A stretch of DNA of 62,731 bases, counting the filler, from Candidatus Woesearchaeota archaeon (GTDB lineage Archaea; Nanobdellota; Nanobdellia; Woesearchaeales; JACPBO01): NCBI GenBank assembly GCA_016180285.1. It is 4 parts of 3 records of this genome, joined end to end, with 100 filler letters (N's around TTAATTAATTAA, not from the genome) between each part and the next. Parts side by side here need not be neighbours in the genome. Positions count along the whole stretch, not along the records: positions 1 to 15,569 come from JACPBO010000002.1; positions 15,670 to 33,228 come from JACPBO010000002.1; 2 more parts are not named here. One strand, 5' to 3'. The notes below the pieces were generated by a model. It searched no databases, was not told the origin of the DNA, and saw nothing but the letters and a program-made list of their open reading frames with translations. This document shows, in pieces, positions 9,657 to 19,006 of this stretch; position 1 is the first letter of the stretch, and the number at the start of each line of letters is the position of its first letter. Position numbers and translations under genes: made by a program.

Positions 9657-10270
9657 CCTCTGGCTCCACTCTCCGTATTTGTTGAAATTTGGTCGCTGAA
9701 CATAAAATTCACATAGATAGTTTTACCTTCTGGCAAAGGCAGCGCTTGGTTTGGCAGGTTCATTACTTTGGCCACATTGTCTTCAAAATGCTTTGACCTG
9801 AATTTCTTATTTTGATTCAGCAAGTTGCCTCCGTAATTCTGCCTGATCTCTGCTTCAGAGTAATCTTTATCAAAAATATAAAGCGCATAGCCTCTTATCT
9901 GCTTGCTAACAGCTCTATGGCAGAATTCAAGCGAATTGAATGTTCTTTGCGCGCTATCCAAAAGCAGATCATAATATTCTTTCTTTTTGACATTGTCTTC
10001 TTCTATATAATACAACACTATCAAGTCTGCAATGCTTATCTCTTTTCCGTTGAAATCAATTGATGTTCTGAGATATGAATATAATATTGAAGATTCTGAA
10101 TTGGTATTAATGCCTGCCAGGGTTTTTGCTGCGGTTTTTGCTGCGGCAGTAAACAGCGCAATAAATATTATGAGAATTATAAAATAAGCGATCCACGAGA
10201 AAAAGTCAACCAGAGCGCCTGCATACCCTTTTTTGTTTAATTTTTTTATTTTTTTGAACATTGTTTTCAT
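9650..10270 (-). CDS. Pilin-like protein (class III signal peptide)
   Basis: LNKKG followed by a hydrophobic helix. Confidence 0.65.
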   Translation of the reverse strand: MKTMFKKIKKLNKKGYAGALVDFFSWIAYFIILIIFIALFTAAAKTAAKTLAGINTNSESSILYSYLRTSIDFNGKEISIADLIVLYYIEEDNVKKKEYYDLLLDSAQRTFNSLEFCHRAVSKQIRGYALYIFDKDYSEAEIRQNYGGNLLNQNKKFRSKHFEDNVAKVMNLPNQALPLPEGKTIYVNFMFSDQISTNTESGARGC

Positions 10271-10271
10271 C

Positions 10272-10769
10272 TTAGCCTTTATGCGTTACAACATCCATTT
10301 CAAGTTTTGCAGGTGTAAATTTGCCATTGTCATGCATTAAAACGTACATTGTCTTAAAAGTCCGTGCATAACCGGATGCAAAAGAAATTGGCTGGATGTT
10401 ATTGTAAGTTTTCTCGTTGTATATCAGAGACTTTATTTCTTTGCCTTTTTCATCGAGCAGCCTGAGTTTCGCTGCTATTACTGCATCGCCTTTTTCGTCA
10501 TTGTAAAAGATCGCTTTTTCAAGGGCTGCAGAATCAAATTTTTGCAAGTCTATGATGCCCGGATAAGAACGGTCTGTTTCAGGGCTGTTATAAGTTATAC
10601 CGTCAGGCGAATAAAGAATCCTATTGGCGAATAAAGCAATCCTGAGGTCAGTTGTTTCATTCTTGAGATTGAAGAAAAATGTTATAAGAAACAGGATCGA
10701 GAATACAATTGTAACTATGAAAAGTATTCTTTGTATCCAAATCACTGTATTAAAGCTTATTTCAACCAT
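10272..10769 (-). CDS. Pilin-cluster protein with N-terminal TM helix
   Basis: Hydrophobic N-terminus, overlapping or abutting its neighbours. Confidence 0.6.
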   Translation of the reverse strand: MVEISFNTVIWIQRILFIVTIVFSILFLITFFFNLKNETTDLRIALFANRILYSPDGITYNSPETDRSYPGIIDLQKFDSAALEKAIFYNDEKGDAVIAAKLRLLDEKGKEIKSLIYNEKTYNNIQPISFASGYARTFKTMYVLMHDNGKFTPAKLEMDVVTHKG

Positions 10770-11724
10770 TTTTGTAGTAATTGCTTAATGCTGTTGATAT
10801 TGCATCGCCAATATAGGCTGCTTTGTCTAATAATCTTGCCTGTGTTTCTTGGTCATTTTCAAACTCTACCAAAACCGAAAGCTTATTTTGGTTAAGTATT
10901 GCGTTATTTGATGTTGGAATTATTGACAAGCCATTCGAAGCAGGAAGATTTTTGCTTTTTAAAAGGTGATTTAAAACATAGCACGCCAGTTTTCTTGTTT
11001 TTGCATCGTTTTCATTTGGTATAAATGCCTTTATTATGTTTTTTGAATCTTTTTTGGATATTGAATTAAGAATTATTACGGCTTCGGGCTTTGCAGCTGC
11101 TATTTGAGCTTCAACTGTATCGCCATAGGCAGGATTTACTGCTTCCTTTATGTCCTTGAATGGGCCCCCTATATTTTTTGCAGCATTTTTCAGCTTATTT
11201 GTTATATCTTGGCTTTGATCTGTGCTGTAACCAGGGTCTGTAATAATGATTTTATCATTAACAGCGTCGTTTGTATCAATAGTGGGGCATTTTAAGGCCT
11301 CCTGAAATGTTTCCTGCACATTTGATACTCTGACTTCATCATCTGTTTTCGAAAACAAAGCCTGCTGCGAGGGATCAATGTCTGAAAGCGAATGCCCAAT
11401 ATAGTTATCAAGTCCAAAAGGGAATTGCTTGTATTCCTGCCTGTCTTTCTTGCTGGCAACTCTTACAAATGGCCTGTCTGTTGCTATAAACGTCATCACA
11501 AAAGGCTCTGGTGTCGCAACCTTGTAAAGTGTATAAGCATTTCCTGGAGCAGATTGTATTGTATCCAGCAATAATGCAGCATCTGTTGCTGTCGCCCTCT
11601 TTTCAAATGATGTGTCTTTTGCAAGAACATTTACCTCCCACCTGAGGAAGAGAAGAACAGCAGCAAGGATCACCAACTCTATTATTACGTAGAGCATCAA
11701 CTGAATAGCCCCTTTTTTGTTCAT
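10762..11724 (-). CDS. Pilin-like protein with degenerate Amidase_3-like C-terminal domain
   Basis: MNKKG|AIQ signal. IITDPGY...AVIILN...RKLA...AILN..SVLVEF...IGDAISTALSNY follows the Amidase_3 motif order. Confidence 0.65.
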   Translation of the reverse strand: MNKKGAIQLMLYVIIELVILAAVLLFLRWEVNVLAKDTSFEKRATATDAALLLDTIQSAPGNAYTLYKVATPEPFVMTFIATDRPFVRVASKKDRQEYKQFPFGLDNYIGHSLSDIDPSQQALFSKTDDEVRVSNVQETFQEALKCPTIDTNDAVNDKIIITDPGYSTDQSQDITNKLKNAAKNIGGPFKDIKEAVNPAYGDTVEAQIAAAKPEAVIILNSISKKDSKNIIKAFIPNENDAKTRKLACYVLNHLLKSKNLPASNGLSIIPTSNNAILNQNKLSVLVEFENDQETQARLLDKAAYIGDAISTALSNYYKNG

Positions 11725-11814
11725 ATCTTAACTTATGATGTGGTTATTTATTAAGTTTTTTGTTAAATCAGGAAAAAAACAAAATTTATAAAGAGAAGCG
11801 CTTAATTGCCTTTT

Positions 11815-13059
11815 ATGGCGCACAGAAGATCTTTGACCGCAATTGTAACTGTTCTGGCCGCTGTTCTTTTTTATGGCTGTGGTCAAAATAAATCCGCTAG
11901 CACTAATAACCAAGAAGGATCTGTAGAAAATGCTAAACCTAAAAGTAGCATCTTAAATAAATTCGAAATCAACCTTGGCAATTTATCGACGCCAGAAAAA
12001 ACATTTGGGTCAATGATCAAGGCATCAAGGGGAAAAGATTATGATGTGTTTAAAAAATGTTTTGAACATGACTATTTCAATGGCAATGAAAGTCTGTTCA
12101 AAGAAGAAGCTCAACCTATAACAATCGACTCCTATCGTATTGGTTTGCCAATGCCATTATCATCTGGTTCTGAAGAAAAAAAGCCCACCATTATGAATTC
12201 TCCTTCTGGTTTTAATTTAAAATTACAGATGGCCCCAGTTTATGCAAGAATCATTGTTACTGAAGATGGAAAAGACTATATGCAAGGGGCTACGTTTAGA
12301 TTATTCAAGGTAAGCAAAGAATGCTTAGATGCCGCTGCCGAATTAGGAAACAAATACATACTGCTAAAATACAATAAAGTTGGCGACTGGGTGATATATG
12401 ATGAAACAGAGTCCGTAGATAAGTGGGAATATTCTGCAGAATTAATTAATGAAAAATCTGCCAAATCAGTATCGATACATGACTTGGTAGAGGGGAGAGA
12501 TCTATCAGGGTTGGAGAGGTTAATAAAAACTAACCCTAAGCTGGTCAATGCGAGAGATAATGGTGGCAAAACGCCATTACATTGGGCAGTATTATATACT
12601 CGTGAAGAAATGGTGAAAATGTTGATCGCCAGGGGTGCTGATGTTAATGTAGGTATAGAAGGTATCGGATATACGCCTCTCCTTCTTGCTACAGAGCACG
12701 GTAATTCTAATGTAACTAAATTCTTGCTTTCTGTAGGCAGTAACGTTAACGTAAAAAATGAAGAAGGTTGCACACCATTGCATAATGCAGCCAAGAAATG
12801 CGACGTAGATGATGTGATACTGTTGTTGAATAGTGGTGCTGTGGTTAACGCTATAGACAAAAAAGGATATACTCCATTACATTATGCTGCTGGTAATGAT
12901 TATACTTTAAACTCACTAGATGCTGCAAAAGCACTGCTTGCTAAAGGCGCTAATGTCAATGCGAGAGCCAACGATGGCAAAACACCATTAGATCTGTCAA
13001 AGAACAATGTAACGATTAGGGGAATGTCGGCATTACTAGAAGAATATAACAAGGAATAA
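11815..13059 (+). CDS. Ankyrin-repeat lipoprotein
   Basis: Lipobox-like FYGC. About 5 repeats of the G.TPLH.A...LL..GA.VN type. Confidence 0.9.
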   Translation: MAHRRSLTAIVTVLAAVLFYGCGQNKSASTNNQEGSVENAKPKSSILNKFEINLGNLSTPEKTFGSMIKASRGKDYDVFKKCFEHDYFNGNESLFKEEAQPITIDSYRIGLPMPLSSGSEEKKPTIMNSPSGFNLKLQMAPVYARIIVTEDGKDYMQGATFRLFKVSKECLDAAAELGNKYILLKYNKVGDWVIYDETESVDKWEYSAELINEKSAKSVSIHDLVEGRDLSGLERLIKTNPKLVNARDNGGKTPLHWAVLYTREEMVKMLIARGADVNVGIEGIGYTPLLLATEHGNSNVTKFLLSVGSNVNVKNEEGCTPLHNAAKKCDVDDVILLLNSGAVVNAIDKKGYTPLHYAAGNDYTLNSLDAAKALLAKGANVNARANDGKTPLDLSKNNVTIRGMSALLEEYNKE

Positions 13060-13097
13060 TGTGCTGAATATACTACGTTGCCAACCCTTGTAGGCTT

Positions 13098-13862
13098 TCA
13101 TCCCTGCAGCCTATCGCAAGACAGCTTTTCAATGTTCTCATAAGGCACAACATAAATATCATATAGGCTCTCAGGCGGCCATTTAAAAAAAGTTCTCACA
13201 AAAGAACGTACTTTTTTAGTAGCCACAGCATAAATAACAACGCCGTAATCTCTATTTTGGGATAAGATTGCACCGCCTCGGAAATAATCAAGATGTTGTC
13301 CAATACTGAATTCTGTTGTAATGCCAAGTATGCTTTGGAAATTTATTGATTCTATAAAAAACGCATCCCTATCTGTTTCTGGGAGTGAACCTTTCAAGTA
13401 TGAATGATAAGAAGTATTCGTTAGTTCATTGTTTTTTAAAAAGTCAACAAATTCTCTTTCTGAAATGCCGTCTTCTGTTTCAAAGCTGAATTTAGAGCAA
13501 ACAAAACACACAGTTGTGAGGTCAACCCAAGCCCCCTTGAACGGATCCATTTTCCCCTCTCCAAATTGGTGCCAGCAGTCGCGCATAAGCTCAGCAATCT
13601 GCTTCATTGCATCTTTTTTCTCGGCGTCCTTTGTTGTTCCCTGCAGTTTAAGTTTTCCTGCCTGGTACATATTGCAATCTATGCCTAAGATCTTATCTGA
13701 TTTGTCAGCAGCAACAACAGAAATCAGGCAAATGTCCTGATCGCCTTGGCGCATGGCAAATCTAACTATCCCGATTGCCAATGCGATGAGTATAACAAAT
13801 ACCACTAGCGCGATGATGATTTTATTTAAATTTTCCATTGCCTTTTTATTCAGTTTTTTCAT
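13098..13862 (-). CDS. Pilin-like protein (class III signal peptide)
   Basis: LNKKA|MEN then hydrophobic helix. IAELMRDCWHQFGEG and CFVC motifs. Confidence 0.7.
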   Translation of the reverse strand: MKKLNKKAMENLNKIIIALVVFVILIALAIGIVRFAMRQGDQDICLISVVAADKSDKILGIDCNMYQAGKLKLQGTTKDAEKKDAMKQIAELMRDCWHQFGEGKMDPFKGAWVDLTTVCFVCSKFSFETEDGISEREFVDFLKNNELTNTSYHSYLKGSLPETDRDAFFIESINFQSILGITTEFSIGQHLDYFRGGAILSQNRDYGVVIYAVATKKVRSFVRTFFKWPPESLYDIYVVPYENIEKLSCDRLQG

Positions 13863-13863
13863 T

Positions 13864-14364
13864 TCAAGTGTCTTTTATATGGACTGTGTTGCCTTCTTTC
13901 CATACAGCAACATTCTTCACATTGCCGCCATTTGGCCCTTTATCTTTGCGCAAATATCCTGAAATTACAGAGACATTTTGCACAGGTTGCATATTCATAT
14001 CATATCCTTCTACAACTATGTTGAATTTAAATCGTTTTTTTGTATAAAATAATCCGGGATCATCGCCCTCCTTCAGTATACAGAGGCATTTATCGCAGCA
14101 ACTTGGAGCTGCAACTCTGGATACCAATTCAAATTTAGCTTCTATATAATAAGGCACATACCTTTTATCTGGCGTTGCCTTTTCAACTGCAGGAGCAAGA
14201 ATTTGCTCAAATGTGTTTAATGTTGCTAAATCGAGTTTTGGTATAAATGCAGAGTATATGGTAACTATTAGCCAGAATAATAACGCAAGAAAGATTGCTG
14301 CAAGAACAAGGCTGATTATTGTTTTTAAACTAAGATCAATGCCTGCTTTTTTGTTTTTAAACAT
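13864..14364 (-). CDS. Pilin-like protein (class III signal peptide)
   Basis: NKKAG-IDLS then hydrophobic helix. Cys cluster CCDKCLC. Confidence 0.7.
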   Translation of the reverse strand: MFKNKKAGIDLSLKTIISLVLAAIFLALLFWLIVTIYSAFIPKLDLATLNTFEQILAPAVEKATPDKRYVPYYIEAKFELVSRVAAPSCCDKCLCILKEGDDPGLFYTKKRFKFNIVVEGYDMNMQPVQNVSVISGYLRKDKGPNGGNVKNVAVWKEGNTVHIKDT

Positions 14365-14365
14365 T

Positions 14366-14752
14366 TTACGAGCTGCAGCAGCAGAGCTTTGTATTTTCAG
14401 AGTTAAGCGTGGCTGCTGCTCTTATTGGTTTTTCTGAAGGGCAGCTGTATTTGCCCTTTTCAGCGCTAGATGCATCACCGCAGCCTTCATGACCATCTTT
14501 GTCATTTACTCCGCCGCAATCGCTTATTTTGTCATAATTGCATGGCTTACCTTGGGTTATTGCGCCAAGGCACCATGATGCTGCATTCGCCTGCCCTCCT
14601 GCTGTGTCTGTCTGTCCCTTAAAGATTGCAGCTATTCTCCCAGTTCCTCCCATAAAGATGAAGATCAGAACAGCAAGAACAACTAATGCAAGAACAGCCC
14701 ATATAATAGGCCCAAACATAAACTCTGCAGCTTTTTTGTTTTTTATGAGCAT
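14366..14752 (-). CDS. Small Cys-rich pilin-like protein
   Basis: NKKAA-EF then hydrophobic helix. C-terminal LCCC. Confidence 0.7.
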   Translation of the reverse strand: MLIKNKKAAEFMFGPIIWAVLALVVLAVLIFIFMGGTGRIAAIFKGQTDTAGGQANAASWCLGAITQGKPCNYDKISDCGGVNDKDGHEGCGDASSAEKGKYSCPSEKPIRAAATLNSENTKLCCCSS

Positions 14753-14834
14753 TTTTGCACCTTTTTTATCGAGTAAGGATATTCTTAGAAATGCTTGTAT
14801 TTAAAGTTTTGTAAAAAATAAGTTAAAGAAAAAA

Positions 14835-15137
14835 TTATGATTTAATTATAGGCATGCAGCAATAACCATCTGCTTTTTTATCATTATTGTTGTCTTTTTC
14901 ACAATCTGTGCCTTTTAGAACAGTAGAGTCTGCGCCGCAATTTGCCGTTTTTCCAGTTGAATCTGGGTTCGTGCATGTTCCGCCTTTATCTGCGCAGCTC
15001 TGCACAGCAAGGCTGAATCCGCCCAATCTGCCTGTGAATATTGCAAACAAAACTACCAGAACGATCAACGCCAATGCAGCTACAATTATAACATTAACAG
15101 AAATGTCCACTCCTTTTTTGTTCTTCATCATCAACAC
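14835..15137 (-). CDS. Small pilin-like protein, candidate major pilin
   Basis: NKKG|VDISVNVIIVAALALIVLVVL signal. C...GGTC...C...C...CC head. Confidence 0.75.
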   Translation of the reverse strand: MLMMKNKKGVDISVNVIIVAALALIVLVVLFAIFTGRLGGFSLAVQSCADKGGTCTNPDSTGKTANCGADSTVLKGTDCEKDNNNDKKADGYCCMPIIKS

Positions 15138-15194
15138 CTCTTATTTAATATACCTTGATATTTGTGGCAGTAATATTTAAAGGTTTCTATGAGT

Positions 15195-15569
15195 TTAAGG
15201 GTTTTGAAGCTCTGTCATGACACAAGTGATTCCCGGATCAGACCTGGTCTTTGTAAGCAAATAATTGCCATTTGGCAGGTCTTTGTCAGTTGAGCATAAT
15301 GATGTGGCTGATTTCGTAAGCTCATATTTTGACCAATACAACGAAACTTCAATTCCCGTTAGTTTTATTTTATAACTCTCTGGAAGCCCCAATTTTATGT
15401 TTTTAGTTGTTTCTGATCCGCTGTTAAACTCATCGATTTCTTTGATAAACGCTTCGAATTTCTGATCTGCTTCCTCTGCATTTTTGGGGGCTTTGCATTC
15501 AACTAATTTTTCCCATTTAGACCGGATATAATCGAGCTGATCCTTTGAAAAAAATTGCGTTCTTGATTC
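15195..15569 (-). CDS. Hypothetical protein, 5'-partial
   Basis: Frame stays open from the contig edge at 15569 to the stop at 15195. Confidence 0.55.
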   Translation of the reverse strand, partial: ESRTQFFSKDQLDYIRSKWEKLVECKAPKNAEEADQKFEAFIKEIDEFNSGSETTKNIKLGLPESYKIKLTGIEVSLYWSKYELTKSATSLCSTDKDLPNGNYLLTKTRSDPGITCVMTELQNP

Positions 15570-15669
15570 NNNNNNNNNNNNNNNNNNNNNNNNNNNNNNN
15601 NNNNNNNNNNNNNTTAATTAATTAANNNNNNNNNNNNNNNNNNNNNNNNNNNNNNNNNNNNNNNNNNNN
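15570..15669. other. Artificial contig linker
   Basis: N-run with TTAATTAATTAA (stops in all frames). Confidence 0.98.
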
Positions 15670-15751
15670 AGCCAAAGGAATAATTCTTTTTTCAGGCATA
15701 ATGGCCTTAAAATACTAAATATATTTAAATCTTTCTTAATTATATGGGCTT

Positions 15752-16144
15752 ATGAGCAGGAAAAGCAAGGGGATAAATGCCGAAAGGGAGCTGATCCACA
15801 AGTTCTGGGCTGTAAATGGATGGGCTGCTGTCCGCGTTGCTGGATCTGGCTCTATGAAATACCCGAGCGCAGACATTTTGGCAGGCAACAGCATAAGAAA
15901 GCTAGCAATTGAAAGCAAAGTGATAAACGATACAAAAAAATATTTCACAGAAGAAGAGATCAAAGACCTCAAAGACTTTTCAACCCTGTTCGGCGCAGAG
16001 CCATGGCTGGCTATAAAATTCAAGAAAGAGCAGTGGTTCTTTATACCGGCAGATGATGTTGAAAAAACAGAAACAAACTTAGTTGTCAGCCTGGAAATGA
16101 CCAAGAGAAAGGGATTGCTGTTTGAAGAGCTGTTAAGGTATTGA
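15752..16144 (+). CDS. hjc: Holliday junction resolvase Hjc
   Basis: KGINAEREL, RVAGSG, DILAG, IESK motifs. Confidence 0.95.
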   Translation: MSRKSKGINAERELIHKFWAVNGWAAVRVAGSGSMKYPSADILAGNSIRKLAIESKVINDTKKYFTEEEIKDLKDFSTLFGAEPWLAIKFKKEQWFFIPADDVEKTETNLVVSLEMTKRKGLLFEELLRY

Positions 16145-16189
16145 GCATAATATATGCTCGCTGTTGCGAGAGTTTGACGGAGGCGCCAT

Positions 16190-16870
16190 TTATAATATTA
16201 TTTCTAAAATTTTGTCTATATCTTTCAAATTTTCTAAAATAAAATCAGCACCAGCGGCTTCTAATTGTTCTTTTGAATAACTCCCTGTTGTAACGCCAAT
16301 TGTTTTTATATTTGCTTCTTTTCCAGCTTTCACGTCTCGCGGAGTATCTCCGAAAATAAAAACGTTATCATTAAACTTAAAACCAAAATCTTCTCCAGCT
16401 CTTTTTATTGCCAGTTTGACAAGATTTGTTCTATTCATATCGTCGCTGCCAAAACCACCAACTTTAAAGTAATGATTTAAACTAACCTTTTTTAATTTTC
16501 CTCTTGCAATCGGTTCTAAATTACCAGTTACAAGCCCCATCAGAACATTATTTTTATTCAACCCTTTTAATAATTCATAGACGCCATCTAATACAACGAT
16601 TTTTTCATTGCCAATGCTTTTATTAAAAGAGTCAATCATTACTTTCACGCATTCTTTCAATCCTGATTTTATTGTTGATTTGTCTAATCCATTCTTCTTA
16701 AGAACTTCAAGTATTATTTGCTGGTCAGTCATTCCAGGATGACGGATTATATTGATACTTGTTTCTATGCCATACACTTTCTTAAAAGCTTCGGAAAATG
16801 CAGAAATATGCCCTCTCGAAATATCGAGCAATGTTTCGTCAATATCAAATAAAACTAATCTATTCATCAT
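16190..16870 (-). CDS. HAD-family hydrolase
   Basis: LFDIDETL motif I and GDTPRD motif IV. Confidence 0.9.
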   Translation of the reverse strand: MMNRLVLFDIDETLLDISRGHISAFSEAFKKVYGIETSINIIRHPGMTDQQIILEVLKKNGLDKSTIKSGLKECVKVMIDSFNKSIGNEKIVVLDGVYELLKGLNKNNVLMGLVTGNLEPIARGKLKKVSLNHYFKVGGFGSDDMNRTNLVKLAIKRAGEDFGFKFNDNVFIFGDTPRDVKAGKEANIKTIGVTTGSYSKEQLEAAGADFILENLKDIDKILEIIL

Positions 16871-16934
16871 GATATTCGGTACTTATAGATCTTATTTAAA
16901 TCTATTGGTGCAGTAGCCGAATGCCATACAACAA

Positions 16935-17300
16935 TTATTCTACAAACAGCCACAATACATTTGCAGCAATGAAGAATATGCCTATTCCTAATCTTATGTT
17001 TGGATCCTGAAATATTGCAGAAAAAGGCACATCAAGGCCAAAGGCAACAGACAGCAACGCAATTGAAAGGATTATGTCGATAATGCCGTGCAGTGAAGCT
17101 AAAAACCCTTTTTTATCTTTGTGCATGTCCTTGAAATTAAAGGCAAGATTCAAAATTGCAGATATTATGAACAAAATCAGCGATATCGGCAGGAACGAAG
17201 CAGCATTCGGTATGTTGAGAAAGATCCCGGTTGTTGCGATCAGCAAAGCTCCGCTTATTATGCCGAATGTTATGTCCCCCCATTCAAAAAGCGGCTTCAT
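16935..17300 (-). CDS. Membrane protein
   Basis: Four hydrophobic helices. Confidence 0.6.
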   Translation of the reverse strand: MKPLFEWGDITFGIISGALLIATTGIFLNIPNAASFLPISLILFIISAILNLAFNFKDMHKDKKGFLASLHGIIDIILSIALLSVAFGLDVPFSAIFQDPNIRLGIGIFFIAANVLWLFVE

Positions 17301-17406
17301 AGCGATATTTTGAAAGATGTTTTATTTAAAGCTTTCGTAAAACTCTAGTTGCAAATTTTCTGCTAACGTTACATTTTTATACTTCATCAAAAACTGATTA
17401 GACAAT

Positions 17407-18060
17407 ATGAAGTGCGCGGTAATATTTGATATGGATGGAGTTCTAGTAGACTCTACTAAATATATTTGGGATTCTTTTAACGAGTTATTGAAAAGCTACG
17501 ATGTCCATTTTAAAGAAAAAGAAATTAAAGCGCAGTTAGGACTTTCCCTTAGAGACCAACTTAAAATCTGGAAAGAAAAGTACGGGATTGGCTTAGAGTT
17601 AAAAAAATTTTCAAAAAAAGCCGGAAATTTAGAACTTAAGTTAATTGGAGAAAATATGAAAGTCAACCCTGGGCTGTTAGAACTTTTAAATGAGCTCAAG
17701 AAAAACAATGTTCCTATGGGCGTCGCCACATCTTCATTGAAGTGGCGCGCTAAAAAAATCCTTAAACTATTAAAGCTTGATAATTATTTTTCAGAAGTCA
17801 TTGCTGCAGATGATGTAGCAAAACACAAGCCAAATCCGCATTTGTTTTTGATGGCAGCTAAAAGGCTGAATGTGCCGCCAAAATACTGCGTTGTAATCGA
17901 AGATGCTGCTAGCGGCATTGAAGCAGCAAAGCGAGGGCGCATGAAATCCATAGGCTATCTTACTCAATATCACACAAAAGCCGAATTATGCAAGGCAGAT
18001 TTGATAATAAAAAATTTCTCTGAACTTTCTTATCATAGAATCAAAAAGCTTTTTGCATAG
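17407..18060 (+). CDS. HAD-family phosphatase (beta-PGM-like)
   Basis: FDMDGVLVDS, KPNP, VIEDAASGIEAA motifs. Confidence 0.9.
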   Translation: MKCAVIFDMDGVLVDSTKYIWDSFNELLKSYDVHFKEKEIKAQLGLSLRDQLKIWKEKYGIGLELKKFSKKAGNLELKLIGENMKVNPGLLELLNELKKNNVPMGVATSSLKWRAKKILKLLKLDNYFSEVIAADDVAKHKPNPHLFLMAAKRLNVPPKYCVVIEDAASGIEAAKRGRMKSIGYLTQYHTKAELCKADLIIKNFSELSYHRIKKLFA

Positions 18061-18182
18061 AACCAAATACGCACATATTTTTATACTGAAAAAAGTTTAA
18101 AATTTCTCATTTTCAACTTTTTTGGTATATTGGAAATTAAATTATAGATAAGAAATTTTTTACTTAATTTCCAATAATTTAA

Positions 18183-18353
18183 TGCGGAGTGCAGGATTCG
18201 GACCTGCGTAGGCACTAAGCCAATAGATGACTTACAAATGATTCTTTCATCGCACTCCAATTGAGCACTCAACACTCAAATGCCTTGAGTTTGGATTAGC
18301 CTTGCCAATGGCTCTAGGCTAACTATCCCGTTTGGCCACTCCGGCAACTCCGC
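18183..18353 (-). tRNA. tRNA-Leu (probably CAA) with two introns
   Basis: Acceptor GCGGAGT/ACTCCGC-A and long variable arm. Removing 18322-18291 and 18283-18229 gives ATAGA-CTCAAGA-TCTAT and an 84-nt mature tRNA. Confidence 0.8.
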
Positions 18354-18386
18354 ATACAGTTTAGAATAATCGCTTTATATAAAAAG

Positions 18387-18776
18387 TTAACTCAAATTTC
18401 CAAGCCTTGCTTCGATCTCTTTCAACTGGTCGTCCAGCTCATCCACGCTGCTTTTCTTCGCTCTTTCAGCAGGCGTTTTAATTTCTTTCTTGGATTTTTT
18501 AGCTTTCTTTTGTTTTTCTTCTGCTTCTTCTTCAGGAACCTTGCTTCTTAATTTTGTTTTCGGCAGTTCTGCCTTTAATTTAAAGAACAAACTGTTGATG
18601 TCATTTACAATATCCCTTAATTTCGAGATCTCCCCAGTTTTTTCAGCTTTAAGCAGCCTGAATTTTTCATATCTCTGCAATAATTGGACAATCAGCTTTG
18701 AAGTTTCAAGGATCTCCCTCCTCATGCTGGCTGGCTCTTTTATTCCGATATAGAAAAGATCTTCTTCGCTTTTCAT
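18387..18776 (-). CDS. Coiled-coil hypothetical protein
   Basis: Likely start MKSEED. Heptad-rich sequence. Confidence 0.65.
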   Translation of the reverse strand: MKSEEDLFYIGIKEPASMRREILETSKLIVQLLQRYEKFRLLKAEKTGEISKLRDIVNDINSLFFKLKAELPKTKLRSKVPEEEAEEKQKKAKKSKKEIKTPAERAKKSSVDELDDQLKEIEARLGNLS

Positions 18777-18777
18777 C

Positions 18778-19005
18778 TTACAGCCTTTCAGGCTCAAACA
18801 ATGTCCTGTCTATGAAATCAATCTTTCTTTCAACTTCATCAATGTCGCTGCCCCATCCTTCAAGCTCAGAATCCTCATTGTTCTTCAGCTCATTTATTCT
18901 GCTCAAAGTTTCCTTTGCTTCTTCAAGCCTTGCTCTTATTATCTTTAGCAGGTCCAGCACGTCTTTGTATTCATCAATTTTTACATAAACAGGCATTCCG
19001 GGCAT
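18778..19005 (-). CDS. Small coiled-coil protein
   Basis: PVYVKIDEY...W...IDRTLF, similar to the C-terminus of the upstream gene. Confidence 0.7.
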   Translation of the reverse strand: MPGMPVYVKIDEYKDVLDLLKIIRARLEEAKETLSRINELKNNEDSELEGWGSDIDEVERKIDFIDRTLFEPERL

Positions 19006-19006
19006 T

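Noticed and set aside
15570..15669. TTAATTAATTAA palindrome within N-runs (also at 33229 and 49969)
   Set aside because: Identical 100-nt artificial linkers, not biological sequence.
18081..18275. 64-aa ORF
   Set aside because: It overlaps tRNA-Leu and is spurious.
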